Virus record (IMG/VR): IMGVR_UViG_3300020042_001707
Coordinates: 1-33,145 of that record
Origin: a virus
Lineage: Duplodnaviria > Caudoviricetes
Length of the DNA stretch: 33,145 nucleotides
Direction: 5' to 3' (one strand)
Below the pieces are notes generated by a model, which worked only from the letters and a program-made list of their open reading frames with translations, searched no databases and was not told the origin of the DNA. Below are positions 16,202-25,578 of the stretch, one piece after another (position 1 is the first letter of the stretch; every line of letters begins with the position of its first letter). The translations under genes were made by a program, and so were the position numbers.

Positions 16202-17671
16202 TTATCTCCTGTAACGACTACCACCAACTTCTTGTTCTTGATCCATTTCACCAATTCTAAAATCAATTTCAGCTGAATCTAATCTAAGAGATGTGTTACT
16301 AGTAACAAGAAACTCCCAAGCTCTACGCCTATCAGCACCACTCAAATACACCTGTGCTCTAGAAGCATTTAGGTCAACTGGTCTATAGCTAGACCAAGTA
16401 ACATAGTCATCTCCTGTATGACGTACTTGCATTGTTCCACCTATCTTGTCTCCAATAATCTCTAATCTTCCATAGAACTTACGTTTAGTAATTCCATTGT
16501 CTATGATGTCCGTGACAGTACGACAATAAATAGGTTGACCATTATCCCTATAAGTAGTTGAGCTAAAATAATACAACGTAGCTGTGTCGTCATCTAAAAC
16601 ATAAGCAATATTATTTAAAGTTGTAAAAAACGCTGGACGAAAATAAGATTCTTGATAAGTACCTGCATTAGGTTGACCAGTAGATTGAATAGAGTACTGA
16701 GTCCATGTGTACCATATTTTTTCATTTAGGTCATACACTAAAGTCTTTTGAGTACCATAAAGAGTCAAAACATATAAAGTGTGTCCGTCAATGGTATAGC
16801 AATAAGCAGTTACTTCACTAAGAGTGTCATCTTCTAAATGACGATCTACAGAAGCTGTAGAAACTCTAACAGGAGATACACCATCTAAAAGATAAACAGA
16901 ACGACTGTTGGTCTTTGTAGACCCTATCCAAAGTACTGTGTTACTAGTAGCAACAATACTGTCTCCAGAAGCACAACCAATTTCAGAGGTGTAACTACCA
17001 GCAATAGCTAAAGGAGAACCAGTAGCATTACCAGCATCATAAAAATACTGAGTACTAGCAGCACCAAAAGCTACAAGGTAATTAAGATATTTAGCAATAC
17101 CAACAAGCGTGTCTGTAGTTTGTTCAAAACTTAAATAATTTAAAGCAGTCCAAGTAAGCGGATCACCAACATTACAGTTGTAAATACGATTGTTTGTAGT
17201 ACCAATAAAAATATAGTTATCTAAATATACAACACCAGAAACATAAGGAGCTGTAGGCAATGTGGTCATTGCTATAGATGCACCAGATTGATCGTATAAA
17301 TAACCTGTAGCTTTATTATGAAAAAACAAATAGGTATCTAAGAATGTTTTAACAAAATAACTTTGGTTAGTTGCAGAAGACGTAGTACCTAGAGTTGTAA
17401 CAGCATATGGAGAGCTGGAGTTGATTTGATAGATAGTGTTATTAATAACAGCTATAAATTTGTTGTTAAATGAAACTAGCCCTTGGCTACGTGTACTAGC
17501 AGGAGGTGTAATTGAAACAATTTGTTTAGCAAGTACAAGTCCAGGTCGTTTAACAAACTCTCGTTTTTGATCTCTAGATTCAAAGAAACAATTAGAAGAA
17601 TAGGAGTCTTTATCAAAAGATCCTGTTCTACTTTCAATGGGTTGTGTAAGTGGGATACGTTGTGTAGCCAT
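16202..17671 (-). CDS. tail tube/packaged-DNA stabilisation protein (P22 gp10-like)
   Basis: KRPGL near the N-terminus, beta-propeller-like repeats, IGCAS, Y..DGHTLYVLT, TLVYD..WY.W, C-terminal RRRAWEF. Confidence 0.8.
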   Translation of the reverse strand: MATQRIPLTQPIESRTGSFDKDSYSSNCFFESRDQKREFVKRPGLVLAKQIVSITPPASTRSQGLVSFNNKFIAVINNTIYQINSSSPYAVTTLGTTSSATNQSYFVKTFLDTYLFFHNKATGYLYDQSGASIAMTTLPTAPYVSGVVYLDNYIFIGTTNNRIYNCNVGDPLTWTALNYLSFEQTTDTLVGIAKYLNYLVAFGAASTQYFYDAGNATGSPLAIAGSYTSEIGCASGDSIVATSNTVLWIGSTKTNSRSVYLLDGVSPVRVSTASVDRHLEDDTLSEVTAYCYTIDGHTLYVLTLYGTQKTLVYDLNEKIWYTWTQYSIQSTGQPNAGTYQESYFRPAFFTTLNNIAYVLDDDTATLYYFSSTTYRDNGQPIYCRTVTDIIDNGITKRKFYGRLEIIGDKIGGTMQVRHTGDDYVTWSSYRPVDLNASRAQVYLSGADRRRAWEFLVTSNTSLRLDSAEIDFRIGEMDQEQEVGGSRYRR

Positions 17672-17673
17672 AC

Positions 17674-18438
17674 TTATCGTCCATAAGAGTTGTTAGATGT
17701 AGACCTAAAATCAGGCTGAAAGAATGTACTAGAAACTTCAACATCCCAATCAGATAGTTGGGCTTTATATGAAGCTGCTCTTAAACTAATTTCTTGTCTA
17801 GCATTCATAGGAACGCCGTACTCAAGAGCTAGTTGATCTGCAAGATTCCACATCAAACAGTTCATCCATTCATTAGGAAAGTCAGGAAAATCTGTAGCTA
17901 AAGTAATATCATCTAAAGGCATTTGGGCAATAATGTGTAACTCTAAATTAGTTTGAGCATTACTGTCGGGAGTTAGATACACATACAAAAGACCATTAAG
18001 TTTTTTAATATCATAAAAAATACTGTTGGCTGTACCAGTAGAAAACTTAGATCCTAAAACGTTATATTCTTGTTTAGAAAGAATCATCACAGGAGTATCT
18101 ATAACTGGAGTAACTGTTGTAGTGCGATAGAACCCCTGGATAACTTTAAGAGGTCTGTCTGTAATAGCTATAGTAGGAGCAAGAGAGTTGTACATCAAAC
18201 TAGAACTAGCTCCACCTAATGTATAAGATGTTTGGTTAGCAGTTAAAGGAATAATTAACTCTGCTATTTTCCACAGCTTAAGACCATCAATACTAAATTG
18301 TTTGATAAGTAGATTTAAAGACATATTAGCATTGGCAATAGTCTCTGCATCAGGTGTACTTCCGACCTCAAGTATCCCCAGCTTTCTTAAAGCTAAAGAA
18401 ATAATTTGATCTCTAGTTATGGAATAGGTTGAAGACAT
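17674..18438 (-). CDS. head-tail adaptor (P22 gp4-like)
   Basis: IISLALRKLG..P..LN.L and FPNEW..L.WNLA.QLA.EYG; directly upstream of the gp10-like gene. Confidence 0.75.
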   Translation of the reverse strand: MSSTYSITRDQIISLALRKLGILEVGSTPDAETIANANMSLNLLIKQFSIDGLKLWKIAELIIPLTANQTSYTLGGASSSLMYNSLAPTIAITDRPLKVIQGFYRTTTVTPVIDTPVMILSKQEYNVLGSKFSTGTANSIFYDIKKLNGLLYVYLTPDSNAQTNLELHIIAQMPLDDITLATDFPDFPNEWMNCLMWNLADQLALEYGVPMNARQEISLRAASYKAQLSDWDVEVSSTFFQPDFRSTSNNSYGR

Positions 18439-18440
18439 AG

Positions 18441-18614
18441 TTATCCTTGAGTAACCTCATCTGCTGGCAATGGTGTATTGCCCTCTGCAAGCCACTTTAG
18501 GTAGGCTTGGTAGTCTGTGTTGTCAGGGTCAAAGGGGATGCAAGCACCATCGCTTATGCGGATTATTGCACCATCTACAATAGAGCCATCTAAATTTTTA
18601 TATTGTTTATACAT
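18441..18614 (-). CDS. small tail-fibre partner/chaperone, 57 aa (not in the ORF track)
   Basis: Translates as [42 protein letters not shown]. It exactly fills the gap after the fibre gene. Confidence 0.75.
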   Translation of the reverse strand: MYKQYKNLDGSIVDGAIIRISDGACIPFDPDNTDYQAYLKWLAEGNTPLPADEVTQG

Positions 18615-19703
18615 TTATAACTCCGATGAAATAAGTAATATTCCAGATTCATTTGGAATCATTCCAATAGGTCTATTTAAAGTCAATCCTGTAAAGTTGG
18701 CAAAATTAACAAATACACCTTGTGGCGTAACACGAGTTCCAGAATTTATTACTGCACTAGCAGAAGATTGAGTGTAGTCGGCAGTAGTAAAATCAGAAAA
18801 TTTTGCAGCGGCACTTAAAGATACAGTTGGGGAAGCCCTCATTTCAACTGAAAAATTTATTACGGAACTTACAGTTGTTGTTGCTTGACCTGCACCCATC
18901 ATTCCTGTTACTTTTTGGAAGTACCTCTGACACAAAGCCAACTCAGTCCCAATAGGTCTGTAATCAAAAGATGTTGCTGTTGAGCCTTTTTCTAGCTGTA
19001 CGCCTGTGATGTAGAAAGTAGCGCCGTTTGTTCCGACTACTGATGTTGCGCCTGTGGCAGAAAGAATTGTTGAAGATGCCGCCCATGCGCCAGCAGTACC
19101 GCTGTATGTAGAGCCAACACCAAGACCAAATATCATATACAAACCAATACCATTTGTGGTTAGCCATGTGCCAGATTGGTCACCAGCAATGGTCACACTC
19201 TTTTGTTCCCAAGTATTTGCCACGGAAATTGTGTAGGTAAAAGGATAAGAACGAACTTCAGCAGAGTTTTGTAAAGCGCCACCAAATGTTCCTGTTAATG
19301 AACTACGCACCCAAAAAGAAATAGTGATTGTTGATGCTGACGCTGTACCCCATGCCAAATCATAAAAATTTAAACCTTCAATAATTTGTGAGATAGAAAA
19401 GTAATCGCTTGCACCAATAGAGTATGCAGAAGATGAAGTAACGCCTAAGTAATTTTTAAACCCTGCTGGAGGTGTAACAGCACCAGCATTTTGCTGAACA
19501 GTATATTTACTTGCTTGACTTACACGACACTTCCATCTGTCGAGAGAATAAGTTTGGTCTGTTGGTGTAAATGAAGCCCCCGCATTCCGTTGGTCAATCA
19601 CCATTGCACCATTGATGATGCGGTTCTTGAAGCCCATTGAAGAAGCAGAATCAAACTGCCCTGCAAGGGATATACCCGTTGTTCCTGAGATTGTTATTGG
19701 CAT
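18615..19703 (-). CDS. tail fibre/receptor-binding protein with a carbohydrate-binding-like domain
   Basis: KNRIINGAMVIDQR, DRW, TISFWVRS, TWEQK, ITGVQLEKGSTATSF..ELALCQRYF. Confidence 0.75.
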   Translation of the reverse strand: MPITISGTTGISLAGQFDSASSMGFKNRIINGAMVIDQRNAGASFTPTDQTYSLDRWKCRVSQASKYTVQQNAGAVTPPAGFKNYLGVTSSSAYSIGASDYFSISQIIEGLNFYDLAWGTASASTITISFWVRSSLTGTFGGALQNSAEVRSYPFTYTISVANTWEQKSVTIAGDQSGTWLTTNGIGLYMIFGLGVGSTYSGTAGAWAASSTILSATGATSVVGTNGATFYITGVQLEKGSTATSFDYRPIGTELALCQRYFQKVTGMMGAGQATTTVSSVINFSVEMRASPTVSLSAAAKFSDFTTADYTQSSASAVINSGTRVTPQGVFVNFANFTGLTLNRPIGMIPNESGILLISSEL

Positions 19704-19706
19704 TGT

Positions 19707-19973
19707 TTATTCCTTTGGATATTTGGTTTTAACCGCCAAGCAATCAGCAATGTACTTGTCAATCTGCGCTTGGTCACCTTTGACTACACCATCAAGGTAG
19801 TCTGTGATTGGTGGGTATTCAACTTGGCGCTTTGTTTTGTATGCATTAGGGTCAACCCATGAATTAACAATGTCTGAATCAACAGCAACTAAGTTACCAG
19901 TAGCATCAAAAGCGCCATCATCAGATACAAAAACAACTTGGGGATATAAAGCATAAACAGCGTTATGGTTCAT
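19707..19973 (-). CDS. small tail-fibre partner/chaperone
   Basis: YKTKRQVEYP..DYLD..AVKTKYPK motif; follows a fibre-like gene. Confidence 0.65.
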   Translation of the reverse strand: MNHNAVYALYPQVVFVSDDGAFDATGNLVAVDSDIVNSWVDPNAYKTKRQVEYPPITDYLDGVVKGDQAQIDKYIADCLAVKTKYPKE

Positions 19974-20551
19974 GGTAAGTATTCCTTGATTGTTATGCGT
20001 GAAGCCATTACGCCACCAAAATATCTACTTCCAGCAAAACCATTAAATGTAGTTGTTCCTGCGGTGATGCCGCCTGCTCTTACTTTAAAGGTAGTTGCGG
20101 ATGTAGTTCCTGCAGTCATTAGGTATTTAATCGTAATTGAAGTAGGCGCATTGGCTTGAAATGTATCATTCCAAGAAACAGCCAAAGCATTAGCCGTTGA
20201 ATCTTGAAACAAGCAAACTGCCATGTAATTTGAAACGCTACTTCCCCCGCACCACAAAACATCAATTTCCAAAGTGCTGCTTGCATTTGTAGGTGTAATA
20301 GCACAAGTCATGTACTCATTACCTTCAGTATTCTGAGGTATGGTGTCATCAAAAGGAATTACAGTTGTTCCAGTTGTTAGGTTTCCATTTGGCACATTTA
20401 CAATTTGAACTGGAAGTTTTCCCGAAGTTGTACTAAGCAATGTGCCTGTGTTTTGCGGCAACGTCAGCGTGAAGTCGCTGTTTGTATTTGGTGCTGCAAT
20501 GGTCAGCGTACCTGTGCCGCTTGCGTTACCTGAAACTTTTACTAAACTCAT
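19970..20551 (-). CDS. tail-fibre-like/receptor-binding subunit
   Basis: SGNASGTGTLTIAAPNTNSDFTLTLP N-terminus; beta-rich C-terminal domain ending SRITIKEY. Confidence 0.65.
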   Translation of the reverse strand: MSLVKVSGNASGTGTLTIAAPNTNSDFTLTLPQNTGTLLSTTSGKLPVQIVNVPNGNLTTGTTVIPFDDTIPQNTEGNEYMTCAITPTNASSTLEIDVLWCGGSSVSNYMAVCLFQDSTANALAVSWNDTFQANAPTSITIKYLMTAGTTSATTFKVRAGGITAGTTTFNGFAGSRYFGGVMASRITIKEYLP

Positions 20552-20715
20552 GGTGTTACCTCTGTAAGTGCTGTTTCTGCATCTGCAAGTGCCTTAGCTT
20601 CTGCCTCTGCTAGCTGTGTCACCACTGCCGCATCATGTGTCGCTTGTTCTTCAACGGTGTACTCAACTTGTGTGACTACGCCTGTTTCGCAATTAACTAT
20701 TGTTCTGTGTGTCAT
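20548..20715 (-). CDS. small tail-fibre partner, 55 aa (not in the ORF track)
   Basis: Translates as MTHRTIVNCETGVVTQVEYTVEEQ..EVTP*. ATGA overlap with the next gene. Confidence 0.7.
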   Translation of the reverse strand: MTHRTIVNCETGVVTQVEYTVEEQATHDAAVVTQLAEAEAKALADAETALTEVTP

Positions 20716-20720
20716 GATGT

Positions 20721-21365
20721 TTACTCGTAAAGAATGTTGATTGAACCAGAATCGAATGTATTCGTGCCGTTTACAGAGGTTATGCGTACTCGGTCGAGTG
20801 TGCCTGAGAGTGTTTTTCTACCACCGCCAAACATTGTGTAACTAACAGTCAATTCTGCCATGTGTGTTGCAACCCACAAATTTGTTGATGCATCTAATAA
20901 AGTGATAACAGCAGTACCTGTAACAAACAGTGATGGCTGTCCACCACCGTTGTCCAGAACATAACCAGTAGTCTCTGAGTTTGACGAACCAGCACCGCCA
21001 TTGCTATAAGCACCAGTGCTAAGATAACCTGTGTTTTCAATACCGCCAGAGTCCCCAATTTGTATTAGCAGTCGAGAATTAACTCCAGCGGCACTTAAAT
21101 TTTGAAACATCACCGTAATACGTTTTACCCATGATGGAATGGAAGTAAAGTCAATGCTTGTACCTGATGTAGAGGCAACAACAGTACCTGAAGTAATTAC
21201 ACTTGATGCCATTGCGCTTACCACCGCGCCTGTGATTGTTGGGCTTGTCAGCGTTTTGTTTGTCAAAGTCTGTGTGTCAGTCGTACCTACAACAGCACCT
21301 GCTGGATTACCTACACCTCCTGCTGGAAACGTAACGCCTGATGTACCACTAATTGTTGTTGCCAT
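20721..21365 (-). CDS. tail-fibre-like/receptor-binding subunit
   Basis: TQTLTNKTLTSP fibre motif, STSGTSIDFTSIPSWVKRITV, C-terminal FDSGSINILYE. Confidence 0.7.
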   Translation of the reverse strand: MATTISGTSGVTFPAGGVGNPAGAVVGTTDTQTLTNKTLTSPTITGAVVSAMASSVITSGTVVASTSGTSIDFTSIPSWVKRITVMFQNLSAAGVNSRLLIQIGDSGGIENTGYLSTGAYSNGGAGSSNSETTGYVLDNGGGQPSLFVTGTAVITLLDASTNLWVATHMAELTVSYTMFGGGRKTLSGTLDRVRITSVNGTNTFDSGSINILYE

Positions 21366-21374
21366 GATTTATCC

Positions 21375-22058
21375 TTAAAGAACAACCCAGTTACTACCGC
21401 TGGGAACTGTGACTGTGATGCTTGAGTTAATGGTGATTGGTCCTGTACTCATAGCGTTTTTGTTTGTAGTGATAGTATAGTTACTAGTAACAGTTTGACT
21501 GTTTTCATAAAACACATCATCAGTACCACCACCAGTAGCACCACCACTAGATACCCAATTGCTAGTAGTAGCGTTATAAACTTCTATTTTTCCAATGTCA
21601 CTGTTGAATCCAGATAGACCAGCAGTAGGAGATGTTGGTCGAGTAGCAGTAGTCCAAGGGCCACCTACAGAACCAACAGACAAAGTTGCACGAGCAGAAA
21701 AAGTGTTGGCAGCACTAAAAGTATTAGCACCACTAAAGGTATTTGCTTCAGTTAGTTTAGGAAAATCGTTAAGAGAAGCAGCAACTAAACGAAGTTCAAC
21801 TTTATCTCCAAGTGACCAGCTACCAGCTGTAGTTCCATCTTGAGCACGAACAATAGTAAATGTATCAGTAGAACGAGCTGTAACTTTAACAATTTCTATA
21901 GTACCTATTGTGTTAGTGAGAGTACAGTAAAAATAATCACTTGCAGTAAGAGTAGGAAACAAAGCACCAGTACCAGAAGCTACTGTTAAACTAGTAACAG
22001 AAGCATTAATACCTGAATCTAGTGTAGTTGCAGCATTGTTAGTAAACTTCATTCCCAT
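21375..22058 (-). CDS. tail fibre proximal/anchor protein
   Basis: FTNNAATTL..EIVKVTARS..TIVRAQDGT; NTFS repeats; C-terminal FYEN..NAMSTGPIT..VPSGSNWVVL. Confidence 0.7.
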   Translation of the reverse strand: MGMKFTNNAATTLDSGINASVTSLTVASGTGALFPTLTASDYFYCTLTNTIGTIEIVKVTARSTDTFTIVRAQDGTTAGSWSLGDKVELRLVAASLNDFPKLTEANTFSGANTFSAANTFSARATLSVGSVGGPWTTATRPTSPTAGLSGFNSDIGKIEVYNATTSNWVSSGGATGGGTDDVFYENSQTVTSNYTITTNKNAMSTGPITINSSITVTVPSGSNWVVL

Positions 22059-22072
22059 GTTATAGGCTCCAG

Positions 22073-22360
22073 TTAAGTATTTATTCCAAAGTTATTGATA
22101 GCAAAACTATTCAAAACTGATGAGTTAGAAGGAATTGGGATGATGATAAACGAATCTGATTGTTCTGGTCTAGTAAAAGGAGGAACTTGCTTATCAGCCA
22201 CACCATGTACAAAATCTTGGGGCTGTCTAGGTTCCCAGTCCCTGCTACAAACCATCAAGCCATCCCACCGCATTTGTAGTTCGCTGTTTTTAAACTTGCG
22301 ACCACACTCATCACAGATGACATTCCATGACCCATTGTCCCATATAGATTTATAAGACAT
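22073..22360 (-). CDS. hypothetical protein with a zinc-ribbon motif
   Basis: ICDECGRKF..WDGLMVC..DWEPRQPQD. Confidence 0.7.
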   Translation of the reverse strand: MSYKSIWDNGSWNVICDECGRKFKNSELQMRWDGLMVCSRDWEPRQPQDFVHGVADKQVPPFTRPEQSDSFIIIPIPSNSSVLNSFAINNFGINT

Positions 22361-22674
22361 TATTGGACTACAGTTGTACTATACACTGGTAAGTCTCCTA
22401 GGGCAACCAAGGTACTTCCAGAACTAGTTGTTACAGTAACTACAAGACGATAAGTTACACCAGATACCCCGTTCTGTACTTGTTGATAAACCGTACTACT
22501 GACAATAGAAGTGCCTCCAGACAACAAGGCAGATGGATTAGCATCAACACCATCTATCACGAGTACAGAACAAGTAGATGTAGATAGAGTTTCTCCTGAT
22601 GCCAACACCTGACTAAAGTCAAATGAAAGTGGTTTAATTTCAGTAACAAATTTATAGGAAAAAGCTTCAGCCAT
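22360..22674 (-). CDS. small beta-sandwich putative structural protein
   Basis: FDFS..L..GETLS..G.SGVTYRL.VTVTTS motif; lies in the structural module. Confidence 0.6.
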   Translation of the reverse strand: MAEAFSYKFVTEIKPLSFDFSQVLASGETLSTSTCSVLVIDGVDANPSALLSGGTSIVSSTVYQQVQNGVSGVTYRLVVTVTTSSGSTLVALGDLPVYSTTVVQ

Positions 22675-23596
22675 TTAAGTCATCCTGTTTTGTAACAACT
22701 ACGTTTGTCTTTTTTGGTCTAGCTATTACAGCTGTAAACCCACCAAACACTTGTACTATAACTTTCTTTGTAGGGACAATTAAGGTGTCCACAATATTTG
22801 TCAAGACTCGGTAGAACTGACTTACAACAGTAGTATAGACTGTTGTTACTAATAACACAAATCTTGCTGTAACAGTAGTAATGTAAGAGGTTGTTGTGAC
22901 TATAACAAGAAGAGTTGCATCTCTTGCTTTTAAGATTGTTGCACTAGAAATTATAGGAGTGATGACAATGTCTCTAAAGAAAGATAGAGCTACAGACACA
23001 GTAATAGTTGAAGCAACTGTTATAGACAGTACCCTATTAAAATAAAATCCAGAAAGTAATACTACATTACTAGTTACAGACAACACTATATTTTTAGATA
23101 CAGCTATAGTAGGAAATACAGAATTAGTAGAAGCAACACTAACAAACTTACCAATAGACTTAACTAATTCCCCAATACTAATTGATGTAGTACTTAGGGT
23201 TTTTACTAATGCTTTTAAAATTGTAACTATAGAAGAGCTAGTAGTAGATATGTATTTTTCTACTGCTTTAACTATGCTACTTGTAGAGACAATAGAATTT
23301 GTAGACACAACTTTATCTACTACACGAATACTAGATGCTGTAGAAATAGAAGAAAAAGAAAAGCTTTTAACAATGCTATTTACTAGAACTACAGAACTAA
23401 TAGCTGTAAAACTTAGTTGCTTAGCAATGCTAACAAGCTTAGTAGCCGTACTAGTACTTGTAACAGATCTAATAGCAGCAACACCTTTAGCTATTGTAAA
23501 AGTGCTGCTACTAGAAGCTGTTATTACTTGAAGGTATTGGTTACCACCAGACCCATTGAGTACTGCTGCATTGACTGCATAAGCATTAAGAGACAT
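22667..23596 (-). CDS. S/T/V/I-rich repetitive structural (fibre-like) protein
   Basis: About 18-aa degenerate repeats; N-terminal LNAYAVNAAVLN. Confidence 0.6.
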   Translation of the reverse strand: MSLNAYAVNAAVLNGSGGNQYLQVITASSSSTFTIAKGVAAIRSVTSTSTATKLVSIAKQLSFTAISSVVLVNSIVKSFSFSSISTASSIRVVDKVVSTNSIVSTSSIVKAVEKYISTTSSSIVTILKALVKTLSTTSISIGELVKSIGKFVSVASTNSVFPTIAVSKNIVLSVTSNVVLLSGFYFNRVLSITVASTITVSVALSFFRDIVITPIISSATILKARDATLLVIVTTTSYITTVTARFVLLVTTVYTTVVSQFYRVLTNIVDTLIVPTKKVIVQVFGGFTAVIARPKKTNVVVTKQDDLNG

Positions 23597-23619
23597 ATAA
23601 ACTTGTCTCCAGTTTTAAA

Positions 23620-23985
23620 TCAACTAAATTGAGTCTTAAAGGTGAATTGAATTGAATCACCTGAAGTCAAATTGATTGTTGAAAAATCACCTTTGACAAA
23701 TAAATTGCCAGAACTAACAGCATCAAATAAACCAGCATTGGTAATAGCAAGAGTACCACCAGCAGTCTGAGTACCAACAACTTGATAAGTATCGTTAGTT
23801 ACAGTTGTAGTTTGTTGTGTGCTAGTACCAGTTTGACGAGTACCTGTTTCTGTAAACAATGTTGTATCAGCAACAGCAGTTGTACCAGCTCCCGTACCAT
23901 ACGCAACATACACAGGTTCTGTACCACTACCTTTAATGCGATTAGTTACGATTGCTTTACCAGCACTTACAAGGAGAGTAGCCAT
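23620..23985 (-). CDS. putative virion structural protein
   Basis: YVAYGTG..DTTL..ITNAGLFDA..GNL..F..INL.SGDSI.FT motif. Confidence 0.65.
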   Translation of the reverse strand: MATLLVSAGKAIVTNRIKGSGTEPVYVAYGTGAGTTAVADTTLFTETGTRQTGTSTQQTTTVTNDTYQVVGTQTAGGTLAITNAGLFDAVSSGNLFVKGDFSTINLTSGDSIQFTFKTQFS

Positions 23986-24131
23986 TTTTTAATACTCCAA
24001 AAAATACGTTTGAGGGGATTTTTGTGCCAATAACTAACAATACCAAGGTGCTCTACAGTACCGTCAACACGAGTGATGACAACACTAATCTGAGCCTCTT
24101 TAGCATTACTAGGAACAATCATCTCAGCCAT
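23967..24131 (-). CDS. hypothetical protein, 54 aa (not in the ORF track)
   Basis: Translates as MAEMIVPSNAKEAQISVVITRVDGTVEHLGIVSYWHKNPLKRIFWSIKKWLLSL*. It fills the gap between neighbours. Confidence 0.6.
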   Translation of the reverse strand: MAEMIVPSNAKEAQISVVITRVDGTVEHLGIVSYWHKNPLKRIFWSIKKWLLSL

Positions 24132-24133
24132 TG

Positions 24134-24370
24134 TTAAACCCTATCAGATTTATTGTCTAGCTTGTCAAAGATCTTTTCAATCATCTTCTTAAGTTCTCGA
24201 ATGTCTTCTTTGTAGTCATCTTTAGAGATGTACTCTTTAGGAAGATCTTCTCTTAACTTAGCAAGATCAATTTTAAGTTCTTTAACAGCAGTCCACAGTT
24301 CACGGGCAAACCAGCCCGTGACTGAAGATATAAGTACCAAACCAGCATTTAAAAGACTTTGGTATTCCAT
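24134..24370 (-). CDS. small protein with an N-terminal TM and a coiled coil
   Basis: Hydrophobic N-terminus, then LPKEYISKDDY..IFDKLDNK. Confidence 0.7.
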   Translation of the reverse strand: MEYQSLLNAGLVLISSVTGWFARELWTAVKELKIDLAKLREDLPKEYISKDDYKEDIRELKKMIEKIFDKLDNKSDRV

Positions 24371-24780
24371 TACAGATTTGCACCTTGCTTAACAAGCCTT
24401 AAGATAATAAGAAATGTCTGTGTACCAGATGCGTAACCTGTAGTTAGAATATTGATAGTCCCTGTTTTACCAGTTCCTGAGTTGTTAGTTAGTCCACCTA
24501 ACTCTTTTAGAAAAGAAAGTCCAGATCCAACAAGAGGTACAGCCACAACATCAGTTGTAGCATCCCACAATAGTTGTACTGCTAGTTGAGAACCAATAAC
24601 ATATTCAATGTGATCAATCCTCACTTGTTCTGGAGTTGGACCAATACCACCCTGATTAATGCTAGACATTGCAAGAGCAGCAGTAGAAGCTAGGTTACCA
24701 GTATCTAGTATTCCTACCAGTTTTATAGATACGTTGCGTGGTCCTTCTTCAAGGATTTGAGTTGTAAATGAGTTAGCCAT
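24370..24780 (-). CDS. putative structural protein
   Basis: 136-aa ORF with an AGGAG RBS in the structural module. Confidence 0.65.
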   Translation of the reverse strand: MANSFTTQILEEGPRNVSIKLVGILDTGNLASTAALAMSSINQGGIGPTPEQVRIDHIEYVIGSQLAVQLLWDATTDVVAVPLVGSGLSFLKELGGLTNNSGTGKTGTINILTTGYASGTQTFLIILRLVKQGANL

Positions 24781-24793
24781 GTGACTCTCCTAA

Positions 24794-25567
24794 TTAATAG
24801 GCACGAGTTTGGGCAGACAACATAAAGTCAACAATCATATCCGCAGTAGTAGGTGCGGTGACAGCAGCCTTACAACCAAAACCTGCTCCCATGTTTGTAG
24901 CATTGGGGAATGTAGCAGCCGTAGTACCAGTAGAAATTCCCACATCAACAGAACAAACTTTTGCATCATTTACAAAAACATCAATGTTGCCTCTACCATC
25001 ATAGTACCAACCAAGTTTAATAAAAGTACCACTAACAAGAGTAGCAACAGTTGTAGTAGCAGTTGAGTAAGCAGTAGCAGCTAATGAAGCACTACCTTTA
25101 CGAACAACAAAAGTAATTGCTGAAGAACCAGCAGCTTTGTTAAAGTAAATGCCATCAGTAGGAGTAAGAGCAGCAATAGAAGAAGCTATACCAACTAATA
25201 GTTGATCGTTAGCAGCAGTAGTAGCTTTAAATGCAGTGTAGAACCAAGCTACTTGGGTAGGAGGAGCAGTAGCAGTAATTGTGTTAGTAGCAATGTTGAA
25301 ATTAAGTGGATTATTTTGAATAGCACCAATGTCACTAGTAACACTAGAAGCACCACCAACTGTAGAAATTATTCCACCATTACCAACAACTAAACCAATA
25401 GTTTGATGGGATGTAGTGTTAGTTACAGTAAAGTCAGCAGCAACATATTGGAAAAAATCTTCAAAGTCTAAAGAGACATCTGTAGGATCAGGAAGAGGAA
25501 ATTGACCTAATGTAGAACCAATTGCTTGTGTAGATACACCAGCGGGGAAACGGGTAGGAGAAGCCAT
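24794..25567 (-). CDS. putative capsid decoration protein with a beta-sandwich domain
   Basis: Start reassigned to the ATG at 25567 (MASPTRFP) with an AAGGA RBS; T/A/G-rich; lies downstream of the MCP. Confidence 0.6.
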   Translation of the reverse strand: MASPTRFPAGVSTQAIGSTLGQFPLPDPTDVSLDFEDFFQYVAADFTVTNTTSHQTIGLVVGNGGIISTVGGASSVTSDIGAIQNNPLNFNIATNTITATAPPTQVAWFYTAFKATTAANDQLLVGIASSIAALTPTDGIYFNKAAGSSAITFVVRKGSASLAATAYSTATTTVATLVSGTFIKLGWYYDGRGNIDVFVNDAKVCSVDVGISTGTTAATFPNATNMGAGFGCKAAVTAPTTADMIVDFMLSAQTRAY

Positions 25568-25578
25568 GATAAATCCTT

